A stretch of 64,000 bases of DNA from positions 91,388,001 through 91,452,000 of the forward strand of contig NC_079167.1 of NCBI RefSeq assembly GCF_947568905.1, in the 5' to 3' direction. The notes beneath the pieces are model-generated. The model was not told the origin of the DNA, made no database searches, and saw only the letters and a program-made list of their open reading frames with translations. The translations under genes and the position numbers were made by a program. Positions 49,290 through 61,844 of this stretch are shown in pieces. The stretch comes from Ostrea edulis. Its lineage: Eukaryota. Positions within the stretch are counted from its first letter, which is position 1; every line of letters starts with the position of its first letter.

Positions 49290-49785
49290 CGGTGATAAGC
49301 GATCGCTCAAATTGGCGTAGAGCGAGGCGCCAGGGGCTTCTTCCGACGGTGCGAGAGATATTTGCGTCTCACTGGACAGCTACCGCCCGTCTTCTCAAAA
49401 CCTCCAAGACATTAATGACGCCAGAAAAACAGCTGTCATCAATAATGAGCTCCAGAGATTAAATGTTGACATTGCCACTGCAGGAAACACGGTATGCCGA
49501 TGCAGGCACATCGAATGAGAAGTACTACACATTCCTCTGGCAAGGGAAGAGCTCTGATGAGTCAAGAGAACATGGAGTGGACTTTGCAGTAAAGAACAAC
49601 TTGCTGAACATGATTGAATCAGGCAGGAATGGCTCTGGGCGACTCCTGACTTTCCGCCTTAACACCGCCGAAGGCCCCATCACCCTTGTCAGTGCGTATG
49701 CCCCGACGCTATCCGCCTCTTCAGATACCAAGGATGAGTTCTATGAGAACCTTGCATCCATCATCAGCAACACCGCCAGCACCGA
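49290..49785 (+). mobile_element. RTE-clade LINE 5' fragment (APE endonuclease start), truncated at the duplication junction
   Basis: DARKTAVINNELQRLNVDIA, LQETR, YTFLWQGK, REHGVDFAVK and LVSAYAPT. Confidence 0.8.
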
Positions 49786-50319
49786 ACGACGCTCTATCCA
49801 ATATGATTTTTCCAGAAATATGGTGTATTTTATGAGAAAATCGATTTCATATTCACTGATACTGCGTTTGCTCCGCTTCGGAGCCGAGCCCTCGTGATCC
49901 ACATTGACGAGCCCTCGATTGTGACGTTGTATACAGTGATACTGGCATGAAAATAAAGGAAATCTGAAAACGTGGGCTTATCACTTGTTGCATGATTCTT
50001 AGGTAAATCTGTACTTAAAAAGGAGGGCTGATTACTACACTCATAACTAACACAGCGTAACAGAAAGACAAAGAGCGGTAACTCTAATAGTGACAGAAAG
50101 ACAAAGAGCGGTAATTCTAATAGTGACAGTAAACGTGGTGGGGTTTTTTCTTTCTCTTAGTTTAGACACTATAAAATTGCTTATACGTGTAATGTGGAAG
50201 TTTCACATTCAAACATTAATTGAGTTCACGCATTTTTTTTTTTATGAATTGAATGAAAAGTCACCGCATACAAGTATACAACGTCTTACAATCGAGGGGT
50301 CGTCATTGTGGATCACGAG

Positions 50320-52418
50320 CACAGGCACTTGTTTCTGTAAATGACTTATGACCTCTGTATACTAATAACAACACAAGGTAACTAGCTTCAAATGACACAG
50401 AATGGCACCCCCTGAGAATGTCGGCCTTTTGAGCTTCCAGGGAATATGCGATGCTAATGTATTTACTACCGTTGTATTGTACAATCATTCAACTTAAAAA
50501 CCATGTATGACATGACTGCATTCATTGCCTCTTATCGCCGAAAACTGCAACAAAAAATGGATTTTCCGTTTTATACCACGAAGTGCTATGTACTGATACC
50601 GCACATAATACGTGGGCGATTTTGACTGGCTAGTACGCTCTTCTAAAATTACGTTTGGAATTCTTTAGAGTTATTTATAGAAAGAGAGAGCATCAGAGAT
50701 GAATTAAAAATAACAGGCAAAAGGATGATTTTAATGGTGACCATTAACCACAATTGATCTTATTTTATATAATTTAGTTACTAACATTAGGGGGGAAATG
50801 CTACAAAAAATAAAGGGGACTCCATCCCCCCATATTTTTTTCCACAGACACCTGATAACTATAATCCCCCCTTCTGATTTTTTTTCCGGTGACAATGCCT
50901 CCAAAATGTGTGGATTCCTTGTCTCTCTCAACCTAATTTCGATTGATGTAGTTGTTTCACGCTTTTCACAAGCTTTAGAGATTGGCCTTCTACTGGACTG
51001 GTATAATATAGAATATACTTATTATAAACAGTATAAGGTATTTAAGGCTTACAAAAAAGCAAGTTTACGATTACATAAATCGAAATGAGGATGGAATAGA
51101 CGGGGAATCCACACATTTCGGAGAAATAATCGCCGCCCCAAAAAATCAGAAAGGTGGGAGGGGGGTGTCCATACTTCAGATGCCTGTGAATTTTTCTATA
51201 TCGGGACAGATCCGTAATATTAGGGATGCGGGGAGGGGGTTCGTCGGTGAAGTTGTAAGTTGCACATGGCTTGTTTAAATTTCCTGACAGACAATGATAA
51301 AAATATGATAGTCATGATGAAGACCTTCAGAACCTTAATTAGTGTGTGCATGGGGGGGGGGGTTATAGTGTTCGTCAATGCTGTCTCAAATTTTCCCCTC
51401 AGGCTGGGAGGGGTCATTCTTTGCTCCAGGGCTTCAATTCATAACTTTCAAGCTTACATGCATTAATATCTTCTCATTCACTACTACATAGTACTATCAA
51501 AAATAGTGTAGGGGCCATTCTCGCAATATATCTTCATTTGCATGCATGAAAATAACAGTTAATGTTAAGGGTTGGCCAGTCGTCTCCGAAAAACATTGAT
51601 ATGTGCCTTCAGGGGTTTCATAAAACTTCAATGTAACAACAGGTACTTGCCACATCAATACATATCACAAAGTCAATAACACATCACTAAAAAAAACTTT
51701 CCTTGCTCTATTCTGCATACTTCCAAATAATCTTTTATCTGTATTTTCTCTGACTTTCCATAGATCTGCATGAAACATGCAATTGGCAGAAATATTTCTC
51801 ATACTAGTTAACGAAGTTGTATTTACAGTAAGTCATAATTTCATTATTATCTTCATCAGAAATGATTCCGACACGAAAATATTTTTAAATCTCCTCTCGG
51901 GAGGTCTTAGCTTCTATCTTCTGATGACATGTAAAATCCCGAAACGTACGAACAGCTTTGGGTTTTTTTGAGTAACTAAAAATAGCGTACAACGTCTTCA
52001 ATTCAAAATTTTGATTTTGTTAACAAAGCAATATGTTCAAGATTTTTTGGTAATAAACATCGTATCAATTTATTGTGATAATAAAACAATGAGACTTTAT
52101 TTTTCAACACAACGAATATACAATTTTCATTCTGTGCGGTATCAGTACATAGCACTTCGTGGTATAAAACGGAAAATCCATGTTTTGTTGCAGTTTTCGG
52201 TGATAAGAGGCAATGAATGCAATCATGTCATACATGGTTTTTAAGTTGAATGATTGTACAATACAACGGTAGTAAATACATTTACATAGCATATTCCCTG
52301 GAAGCTCAAAAGACCGACATTCTCAGGGGGTACCATTCTGTGTCATTTGAAGCTAGTTACCTTGTGTTGTTATTAGTATACAGAGGTCATAAGTCATTTA
52401 CAGAAACAAGTGCCTGTG
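50320..52418. mobile_element. 2.1-kb non-autonomous DNA transposon, 286-bp TIRs, CACAGG termini, 8-bp TSD (P-element-like by terminus)
   Basis: TIRs 50320-50605 and 52133-52418. TSD ATCACGAG at 50312-50319 and 52419-52426. Empty site at 27678-27685. No transposase ORF. Confidence 0.9.
50843..51188. mobile_element. MITE related to 14797-15079, nested in the 2.1-kb element
   Basis: CACAGACACCTGA..TCCATACTTCAGATGCCTGTG; shares AAGCTTTAGAGATTGGCCTTCTA and AATCCACACATTT.GGAGAAAT with the 14797 copy. Confidence 0.7.
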
Positions 52419-55400
52419 ATCACGAGGGTTCGATTCCGAGTTTCTCCCCATCAATTGACTCTACACTCTGCAAAAATAAAAGTGGATACATGTATACAAG
52501 TGTATGTATACCGTTATAGTCAAGTTGTATGTTAGCATCTAGTCATTAGTGTGGGGAGGACAAGTTTGTCACCTTTAGTGTACATGAACCTTTTTATTAT
52601 ACCCGCACTTTCTAAAGAAGGTTCGGGTATGTCATGCTACCCTAATCTGTCCGCCCGTCTGTCACACAAACTCCTCTTTTATTTTAAGCAGTTACCAATT
52701 CAATGTTTTGATGTCTTGTAGATGTGCAGTAATTTTTCGGAATTTTCATATTCATCTTGGGAGCCAAATGGGGGTATAAAAAGAGGTTTTTTTTATCGAT
52801 ACTTCTCTCTACAAAACAAAACCTAGTTATGTTTTACGCAGTAGCCAAATCATCTCTTGGAAGGTAAATTATGATGTCCTATAGATGTGCAATAAGGTTT
52901 CAGAATTTTCATTTTCACTCTAGGTTGGGGGGTGATCAAACGACGTTTTTCTATAGAAAAACTTGGTTTCTAAAACTCCTCTTACAGTTCATGCAGTAGC
53001 CAAATTATCTTTTGATGATGGTCAGTGATATCCTCTAGATGTGCATTAAGTTTTTGGAATTTTCTTTTTCACCTTGAGGAGCAAATGGAGTGAAAAATAT
53101 ATGTACAAAAACCTGGTGCTCAGTGCATGATATCGTGTGCGAAAATAATATATTTGCTTTTAAGAGTCGGCACCATTTTTAAGATCTCTAAGTAATCAAA
53201 AAATGATGGGAGTTGGGATGACCCCGGGGCACTTGCTCATCAGAATTCTTATTGCATCTTGATATGAGAAGCAGGAACTTCACATGGTTTAGAGGTCAGG
53301 ACCTCAATTGTTTTAGATATAGTTTAACAATTATAAAATAGGGGTTGAGATTACCCCAGGGAACCTACCCAACAGAATACGCAACGCATATTGACATATG
53401 CAGCAATAATATGAAAGGTATGCTATGTGGTAATTATTGTGGCGTCTTTGCTAGTTAAACAAGTACGATGGAGAGTGTATTTAAAGTCAAACACTTGTGT
53501 ATGGGTATTATTGTCTAGTGACATCTTCTAGTTTACCCCTTTTTCTTTTCTTTTTTCCATTTAAACGGTAATAAAAAGGTTCTGATGCTTGTTTTGCACT
53601 TGCGCAGATCGTAATGTAAATTTTTTTCTTCGTTTGGCGTTAGTCCTTTCAAATGTATACAAGCAGATGGGGGTGATTTGAATACAGGACATGGATTTGA
53701 TGGAATACATGTAGGCACGGTCTGTATCTTATAAATTTCAGTTTTGCGCATAGCTAACTTTGCCATCCTATTCATGGTAAGATTGAACTTCCTTCGCGCC
53801 ATATTTTATTCTAAAATGTAAAAAGAAAACTGACGAATATGTGACATTAAAGGGATCATAATAAAATTCGTGTTTAGAAGCCCAAAGGGCAAATAATAGA
53901 GTCTGATGATACAGCCAAAAACATGGAGCATAGTCCTTGCGGAATGCCAAATTTTAGCTCTCGTATGACACGTTACAAATCGGTGTGATTTTGTGCGAAT
54001 TATACGTGAAATGTGGGAAAAGGGGTGTTACATTATGCATAATCATGAAGAACCGTGTAATTGAAATATAGATACTGTAATAAACAATTATATGAATAAA
54101 TACAGCGTGGGTGCTGAATGATATTTGTTTAAAACTGATTTTAAATCATCAAAATTACAGTTAGCTTCAGTTTATATCGTTGCAGATAAAACGCAAATAT
54201 CCCTATCTAGTGATCAGTCATCCAAAAAATTACTTTGTTAAACGCCACTCTGATACCATGCACAAGTCTTTTGGGGTTGATATAAAAATATGCTGGAGTT
54301 CCTCATAGACAATATCTTCGTGATCTTTGGTGATCAGGTCTTTCAACATTTTGTTGAAATCCCCATGGACACGAATTGTGCTCCTTTGTTAGCTGACCTG
54401 TTTTATTTTCCTATGAAGCAGAATTTATTCAAAACCTTCTACGTGAGAAGCAAAATTCTCTTGCTGTGCCTTCAATTCGACATTTTGATAAATCGACGAC
54501 GTATAATCTATTAACAATGATAATTTTCATTCATATGTCGATTCAATATATCCCAGTGAACTCGAAATAAAAGACACCACAGAGTCGTCCACTTCTGCTT
54601 CATGCTTAGATATTTCATTGAATGTAGATATTAACGGCAAACTAACAACTTAACTTTATGACAAGTGGGATGATTTCAACTTCTCCATCGTCATCTTCCC
54701 ATATTTATGTAGCAATATGCCATTATCACCTGCATATAGTGTTTACATCTCTCAACTGATTTGATACGCAAGACTTTGTTAAGCGGACGGTCAGTTTTTG
54801 AATCGAGCAAGCTACTGACAAACAAGTTAATGGTACAGGGGTTTCAACAGTCTCGATTAAAGTAAGCATTTTGCAAATTCCATGGTCGTTATAACGATCT
54901 AGTTTGCCAATACAACCTATCATAGGGTCAAATGCTGTAACATGAATAATTAGCATAAAACGTAAAATGTATAATTACTCTAAATGTGAAATAACATCTT
55001 TAAAAATAATCCTGGTACATATGTATGGAAGGTGAATATAACGAACAGTGATCAATCTCATAACTTCTATAACGTATACAAAATAGAGAGTTGGTCAAAC
55101 ACGGACCCCTGGATACACCAGAGGTGGGAGCAGGTGTCTTGGAGGAGTAAGCATCACCTGTCGTGAGCCGTATACCTTGATCAAGCAAACGGAGCAGTCC
55201 AGAGCGAAAATCAGAATGCCAAGAACGACTTAACAATGTGTATAAAACACGTAGTGAAAGTCTAGTTTTCGATAGCAAGGTGTAAAATCAGAGTGACGGG
55301 GATGGGAATCAGACTAATTAAATCAAAGTCGTGAATTTAGTTCAATATTCAAACCTATTTGTATAATTATTTTTCAAACGATGATTTCATCCAAATTATT

Positions 55401-55721
55401 CAACTTACAATATTTCTAAGGATATTATTCACATAGACAAGACTGTTTCAATAAGAATATGGGTGCAAAAATGAACCACAGTCGTTTCGAATGCATGGCT
55501 ACCTACGAGGGTTGTTCGATATGTGATGTGAAATGCACCAAAGCGCGATAAAGCTTTGCACGATTTTGTGGATGATGATACTCTTGAATAGCTCTATTCA
55601 ATACCTCTTCAACAGTATAAACACGAGCTTTCAGTTCCACATAGTTTCAAACTTATAGTCATTTCAATAGAGCCAGTCGTTGATCACTGATGTAAACATG
55701 GTTGGGAAACGGGTTGAGAAT

Positions 55722-56496
55722 GCAAGGTGAAGATAACGAACAGTGATCAATCTCATAACTCCTACAAGCAATACAAAATAGATAGTTGGGCAAACACGGA
55801 CCCCTGGACACACCAGAGGTGGGATCAGGTGCCTAGGAGGAGTAAGCATCCCCTGTTGACCGGTCACACCCGCCGTGAGCCCCATATCCTGATCAGGTAA
55901 ACGGAGTTATCCACAGTCAAAATCAGTGTGGCAAGAACGGCTTAACAATCGGTATGAAACACGTCAGACAGCATTTGACCCAATGCGAGGTTGTATTGAC
56001 GAACTAGATCGTTATAACGACCATAGAATTTGCGAAATGCTGACTTCAATCGAGACTGTTGAAATCCCTGTACCATCAACTTGTTTTTCAGTAGCTTACC
56101 TCGATTTAAAAACTGACTATACCCAGAACAAGCTCTTGCATATCGAATCAGTTGAGATATATAAACACCATATGCAGGTGATAATGGAATATTGCTACAT
56201 AAATGTGGGAAGTTGACGATGGAGAAGCTGAAATCATCCCGTTTGTCATACAGTAGAGTTGTCAGTTTGCCGTTAATGTCTACTTTCAATAAAATATCTA
56301 AGTATGAAGCAGAAGTGGACGACTCTGTGGTGTCCTTTATTTCGAGCTCACAGGGATATATCAAATCGACATATGAATGAAAGCTGTCATTGTTAATAGA
56401 CAAAACGTCATCGATATATCTAAAAGTCGAATTGAAGGTCACAGCGAGATATTTTTTTGATAAGTTTTTGAATAAATTCTGCTTCATATGAATATA
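55722..56496 (-). mobile_element. Young 5'-truncated Naiad-type PLE with an open 181-aa RT C-terminus (55942-56487)
   Basis: FRYIDDVLS, LYDKRDDFSFSIV and PAYGVYISQLIRYARAC with no stops. AAT duplicated at 55719-55721 and 56497-56499. Absent from copy A. Confidence 0.9.
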
Positions 56497-56521
56497 AATA
56501 TTGAAGAAATTAGAGCATATA

Positions 56522-57839
56522 TACTAGCGGAAAAAAGAAAATGTGCATTATTTAATATATGAAAAAAAATAATAATAAATAACAAAGAACAAATTTTATT
56601 TTTTGTAATACTGTTAACAAATGTATTCGTTACAGCATTTCATAATCCATTAATGTTAACGTCGAATAACGTCAATTTCAGCACACTCGAAAGACACTGG
56701 TATTCGAACTTGAATTAACAAAGTTAATAACGCGTGTGACCACCATTTGCATTCACGCATGCTTGACAACGGCGCCTCATTGATGCCACTAAAGTGTTCA
56801 GAAATGCTTGAGGGATGTTGTTCCAGATGTTGGTTAAAGCCTGGTTTAAACCAGCCAGTGTCACTGGCTGATTTGGTAAACGGTGTAGACGTCGTTCCAT
56901 TTCATCCCAGACGTGCTCGATCGGCGATACGTACGTGAGATTTCCATTGACAATTTGCAGAGGGGTTCTTCCACGTGCTATTATTTCACCCCACACCATA
57001 ACGCTACCTCCAACGAATTGTCGACGTTGCAGAACACAAGCGTCCTGGTACCGCTCCCCAAAGCGACGATACACTCTACAACGGCTATCCAAATGAAATC
57101 TGGATTCATCAGTGAACAGAATATTGGCCCAGTCCTGTATTCTAAATCGCAGATGTCGTCTACACCACGCTAGTCTAGCGATACGATGACGTTGAAGCAG
57201 TATTGGGCGCACCGCTGGACGTCTTGGTCTGATGTTGTGCTCGCGCAGACGATTACGCACAGTTCTTGGACTCATTGGTCTAAGTCCAGGAATGCGACGA
57301 GCAGTCAAACTTGCTGTCTGGAAACGATTTCTCAGGTGTACAAGTCTAATGTGGTTGTCCTATCGACGTGACGTCACACGAGGACGCCCAGAACATGGTC
57401 GATCCCAAGTGTTACCAGATTGTTAGAAACGTCCCCATAATGAGTAGATGGTGTTCCGATGAACTCCAAAGTGTCTTGCTACGATATTTTGTGCCATTCC
57501 AGCTTGAAGCATCCCAACAGCACGATTACGTTGGTTTTCGCTGAGTCGTGGCAATGACAGAAGGGTAAATTTTGTCAAAACTAAAGTGCTTTCCTTAACA
57601 AATAGTGTCCAAACAAACCTTTTACACTTCTTACTCCAAACAATATTGACCAGTAAAACTCCTGCGTACGAACACTTCAATAAACAACATGTGTTCACTA
57701 ACCATATAAAAGTCCGTTCATCTGAGTCGGGTACTATCCGATATTGTTCAAAAACATCACCTTTATCGATTGTTTAGATTTTATAAATACAATAAATATA
57801 GAAAAATTATACTAGATTTTATAATGCACAGTTTCTTTT
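56522..57839 (-). mobile_element. Tc1 deletion derivative, copy B
   Basis: ORFs 56724-57308 and 57423-57698 carry the same internal deletion as copy A. Confidence 0.9.
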
Positions 57840-58986
57840 GCACAAAACTCGGTCATTCGGTAATGCAGATTTTTACTGAATTGGGGGATGTTTATAGGTC
57901 TGATAATGTATCTTATGAGACAGTTTGTAGATGGGAAGAGAAATTTCTGACTGGCACAGAGTCTGTCAAAGATGTAGCAAAATCTGGCCGACCTGTGACT
58001 GTAACAGTAAATGTCTCAAAAGTCAGGGAAATAATTGAAAGTGATGGCAGATACACGATTCGTGATCTTGCCAAAGCTGTTGGCATATAGCTATCGCGGA
58101 TGCATTTCATTTTGAAGCGTATTTTGAAAGTACGAAAGATTTCTGCCAGATGGATACCACATATATTGACAAATGACCAAAAACGGGTACGAGTATAAAT
58201 CGCTAAACAATTGCTCAAAATGTTTCCTAATTTCAATCAAAGACAATTTACAAACATTATTACTGGTGACGATACATGGGTTCACTATTTCGAACCAGTA
58301 AGAAAAATTGGAAACAAAATATGGCTAACTAAACACGATGGAAGGCTTGTGGTTGCCAAAAGAACCATAAGAACAAAGAAGGTTCGTTATTGCATATTCT
58401 TCTCGTGTGATGGTATAGCCGTACAAATTCCGGTGCCGAAGGGCAAAAGTGTTACAGGTCGGTATTACCGAGATGTTATACTAAAAAGCTCAAGAAATAT
58501 TATCATAAACGACGCCCTGTGTCGGGATTTAGGCATGTTCGTCTACTTCATGATAATGCTGCCCAACTATCTATTTTGTATTGCTTATAGGAGTTATGAG
58601 ATTGGTCACTGTTCGTTATCTTCGCCTTTCATCACATACATCTAAGCTTGTGAAGCAATGTTTGAAGTTGGAGAAGGTTGCCTTCTTGCCACATCCACCA
58701 TACTCTCCAGATCTAGCCCCATGCGACTTTTTCCTTTTTCCATAACTTAAAAAGTTCTTATCTGGTCGTCGTTACAAGTTCCGACAAGCCCTTGGCTCAG
58801 GCATCAGTCAGTGCCTCAGAGTACTACCTAAATCAGCGTACTGTGACGCATTTCAGAAATGGATTCAGAGATTGAAATTATGTATTTTAAACCGCGGAGA
58901 ATACTTTGAAGGGATGTAATGTTTATTTCACTATCTGAGTCGAATGCTTTTTAGATGTCGTACAATACACGGTACATATCGAACAG

Positions 58987-60287
58987 TTATGCTTATCGGC
59001 AATGACACTCAGATCGTGACGATGTGTTCGAATGAAGCGCTCCGTGAGTTTATTCACGGGTAAGACCCCTTGTAATAAATTTTTAGCCCCCATGGCAAAC
59101 CAATAGAGTAAGGCTTTACGCCCTAATTCTATGAGATGGGCCCGTTGCACGGGATCCCGTTCCCCCTGTAAACGCCGTAACGTTTTCACTAATTTACTCT
59201 TTAGTGATAGTCTACCCATGATGATAGGTTACAGTGAAATGAAATGGTTACTCACGAGGAGTCATTATTTATACTCTCGGAGGCATGTACACGGCTAACG
59301 TGCTAAAGAGTTGACTTCTTAATCTCAATTCCTCGGGGGTCTGAGGACTTTTAAAATCGACCAGTAAATACCCGTGAGGAATACGGGTCGTTTCATCATA
59401 GGCCGATAGTAAATGAGGCATTTGTAATTGTCGACTTAACACCCCGATCTGAGATTTATCTCTAGGATTTTTAAACAATACGAGATAATGGGCATTCAGA
59501 CTGATGGTCCGATGTTGCACAGCTCGATCGAAGAGATTTTGCGTGATGTAAATGACGCTGGTATTACGATGATACGCTTTGCGCGTAAACCAATCCACAA
59601 TGGATTCTATGGCCTTTCCCCCATCATATCATCAAAAATCAGTAAATGACGAGTGCTGAGATCGACGACTAATTGCTCGTCGTCTGAGGGAATATTGTGA
59701 ATGAATGTTACCGACTCTTGTAATGATTCGTAAGCCGGCTGCCATTCTCGGTAACACCAGACTATTTTTTCAGGTGGGGGTGAAATCCATTGCGTATTTT
59801 GCACCAATTGCTTCACAAATTCTGTTTTACCCGATTTGGAAGGACCTGCTACTACCATAGTAAATTCGTGTTTCAATTGAAACGGCCCTAGTGTCTCGTA
59901 GGTATACATCTTGATCAATGACACGAGTTCTAGAGTATCATAATTATTTATTTACAAATAAAAAACTTTAATTTATTCAACAAGTAAAAAACTTTTAATT
60001 TATTTACAAATTCAAAAACACAGTTTATTCAACAAGTAAAAATGCGTGCAGTTTCATCCACAGAATGTCTACATACATTGTACAGGAAAGTGTGTAAGAG
60101 CTCTACGTCACTTGTATGACGACGTAATACATGTAGTTAAGCAAAGGATTTCCCACGTGATACGATGTTTGTTTATGTATTGACAAACGATTTTTACTAA
60201 AGGTATGCGACGCTTGAAAGAATTTTACTTTTATATGAATATGCTGTTATTACTTGTTATTTTACTCGGGACACCTTAACCCCGCAT
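58987..60287 (-). mobile_element. Polinton/Maverick (adintovirus-like) internal fragment: frameshifted packaging ATPase (59924-59269) plus a truncated small basic ORF (from 59219)
   Basis: Walker A VAGPSKSGKT, Walker B LLIFDD, HRNTSVIYITQNLF, RTISLNAHYLVLFKNPRD and HGYLLVDF. The downstream ORF (KNLLQGVLPV..HRHDLSVIADK) resembles the basic protein that follows Polinton ATPases. Confidence 0.82.
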
Positions 60288-60346
60288 GTCAACCGCACGT
60301 AGATCCCCCAGAGAGAATCGCAGATCTGCAGCTAGGGTTCATTTAA

Positions 60347-60853
60347 GGTATTCCATGTATAATGAAAGGATAATGAACAATTTTGAAGGATTTAGATCAA
60401 CATAAAAATTTATTGTTAAACAATGATGAAAGTGAAGCAGATGAAATTCACATGGCTGGTAAATGATTAGAAGCTGACGTTTTTGCGCTTAAGACTTTTT
60501 GGAAGAGTTGTCTGCCCTTTGTAGAAATAAGAAAAATCTGATTTTCTAAAAATGTGTGTGGTCAATGATTAATTTTATTTCATATTTTCATAAAAAGAAA
60601 GTGTATGTAACTTTCTACCAAGAGATTATTATGAAAATATAATTTGTTTTTAAAATATTGTAATAAAACATGCTTTTCCCATATACTTCAATGTTAAATT
60701 CTAGGTGAAATAAATCAAGCAGTAAACAAAATTTTGAAAATTCCTATGGTGGATTATTTTTATTTGATGAACCTTTCAAAATGATATCATGATTACAAAT
60801 ATCCCACCATCCATTTATTAGATATGAAATATGGTCATTATACATTGAATACC
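60347..60853. mobile_element. 507-bp Kolobok-like MITE flanked by TTAA
   Basis: TTAA|GGTATTCCATGTATAATGA ... TCATTATACATTGAATACC|TTAA; absent from copy A. Confidence 0.8.
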
Positions 60854-61844
60854 TTAAGTACGGAACTCTAAAAGCAACTTCTCACCAAAACAACAATCAT
60901 TAGTTTCACAATAAATTTTACAGTGATATTGGATAAATTAAATTGCTACATATTTATATCGTGCAAATGAATTCTTGTCAATGTAATTCTTTTCACTTGT
61001 AAATGATTTACAGCTTACTATTTTCCCGTTACACAATCTGTCAATAGAAAATATAAAAAAAAAAAAAGTCGTGGAAATAAAATGATTACGATAATTGTTG
61101 CCGTCATAGTTTGCATGGTCGGATCGTCCGGGGACGGATTGACCTAAGGGCAGAATAAACCGATATAAATTATGTTTTAAGTGTACTATGCCTTGGTACA
61201 AGTTCTGTAATGGCGGTGACGACTTCCGATATTTATAGACGCTGGCATTGGACATACATCCATCGCTTGAGGGACAACTACGGTAGAGTCTGAGATAACG
61301 CCTGGAACAGTGACTACATCCATGTCATTCCTGCCCTTGATATTTGCAAACTCTGCAGAGACGCAGTAGCATTTGTTGGCTTTGACTTTGTGCAAACTCG
61401 ATCGAAGTTGGTTTTCTGTGAATTTCTTTATGCAGCACCACGTATCAAACACTGATGCAACTATGTGTCTTCGATATGCCTTTGTCTTATCATTTCGTCC
61501 CATGTTTTTCGAAAGTAAGGATCTATATTTTGTCTACATCTAATTGGTGTACAAGGACTTTTTATAGATTTGACTAAGAATAATGCTTGAATATTTTACG
61601 ATTTAAAAGGTACATTTATCAGAAAATGAGTAATATATATGTCAAGTGCATGTAACTGTTCAAACCTGACTCAGAAAATACTGACAATTTATTCTCTCTT
61701 TATGAATGTTTTTAAACTGGGGTTTATCCTCAGACTACATAAAAGAATGTGTGTATTCACAGGAAATGACTAATCACTTTCCATCTGCATAAATGAAACT
61801 TAACAAATATTATATTTTCATTAACACTGCAGCTTATCAGCAGA

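Larger units (their letters stand above)
55506..58986 (+). mobile_element. mariner copy B; right TIR truncated by the Polinton-like insert
   Basis: TA|CGAGGGTTGTTCGATATG; same ORF pieces as copy A; the right TIR stops at CATATCGAACAG. Confidence 0.88.

Noticed and set aside
51921-51950. CTGATGA...CGAAAC hammerhead-like spacing
   Set aside because: No helix II pairing between the two core strands and no helix I.
55942-56487. Selenoprotein-type Naiad
   Set aside because: No in-frame TGA in the intact RT segment, and no SECIS that I can identify.
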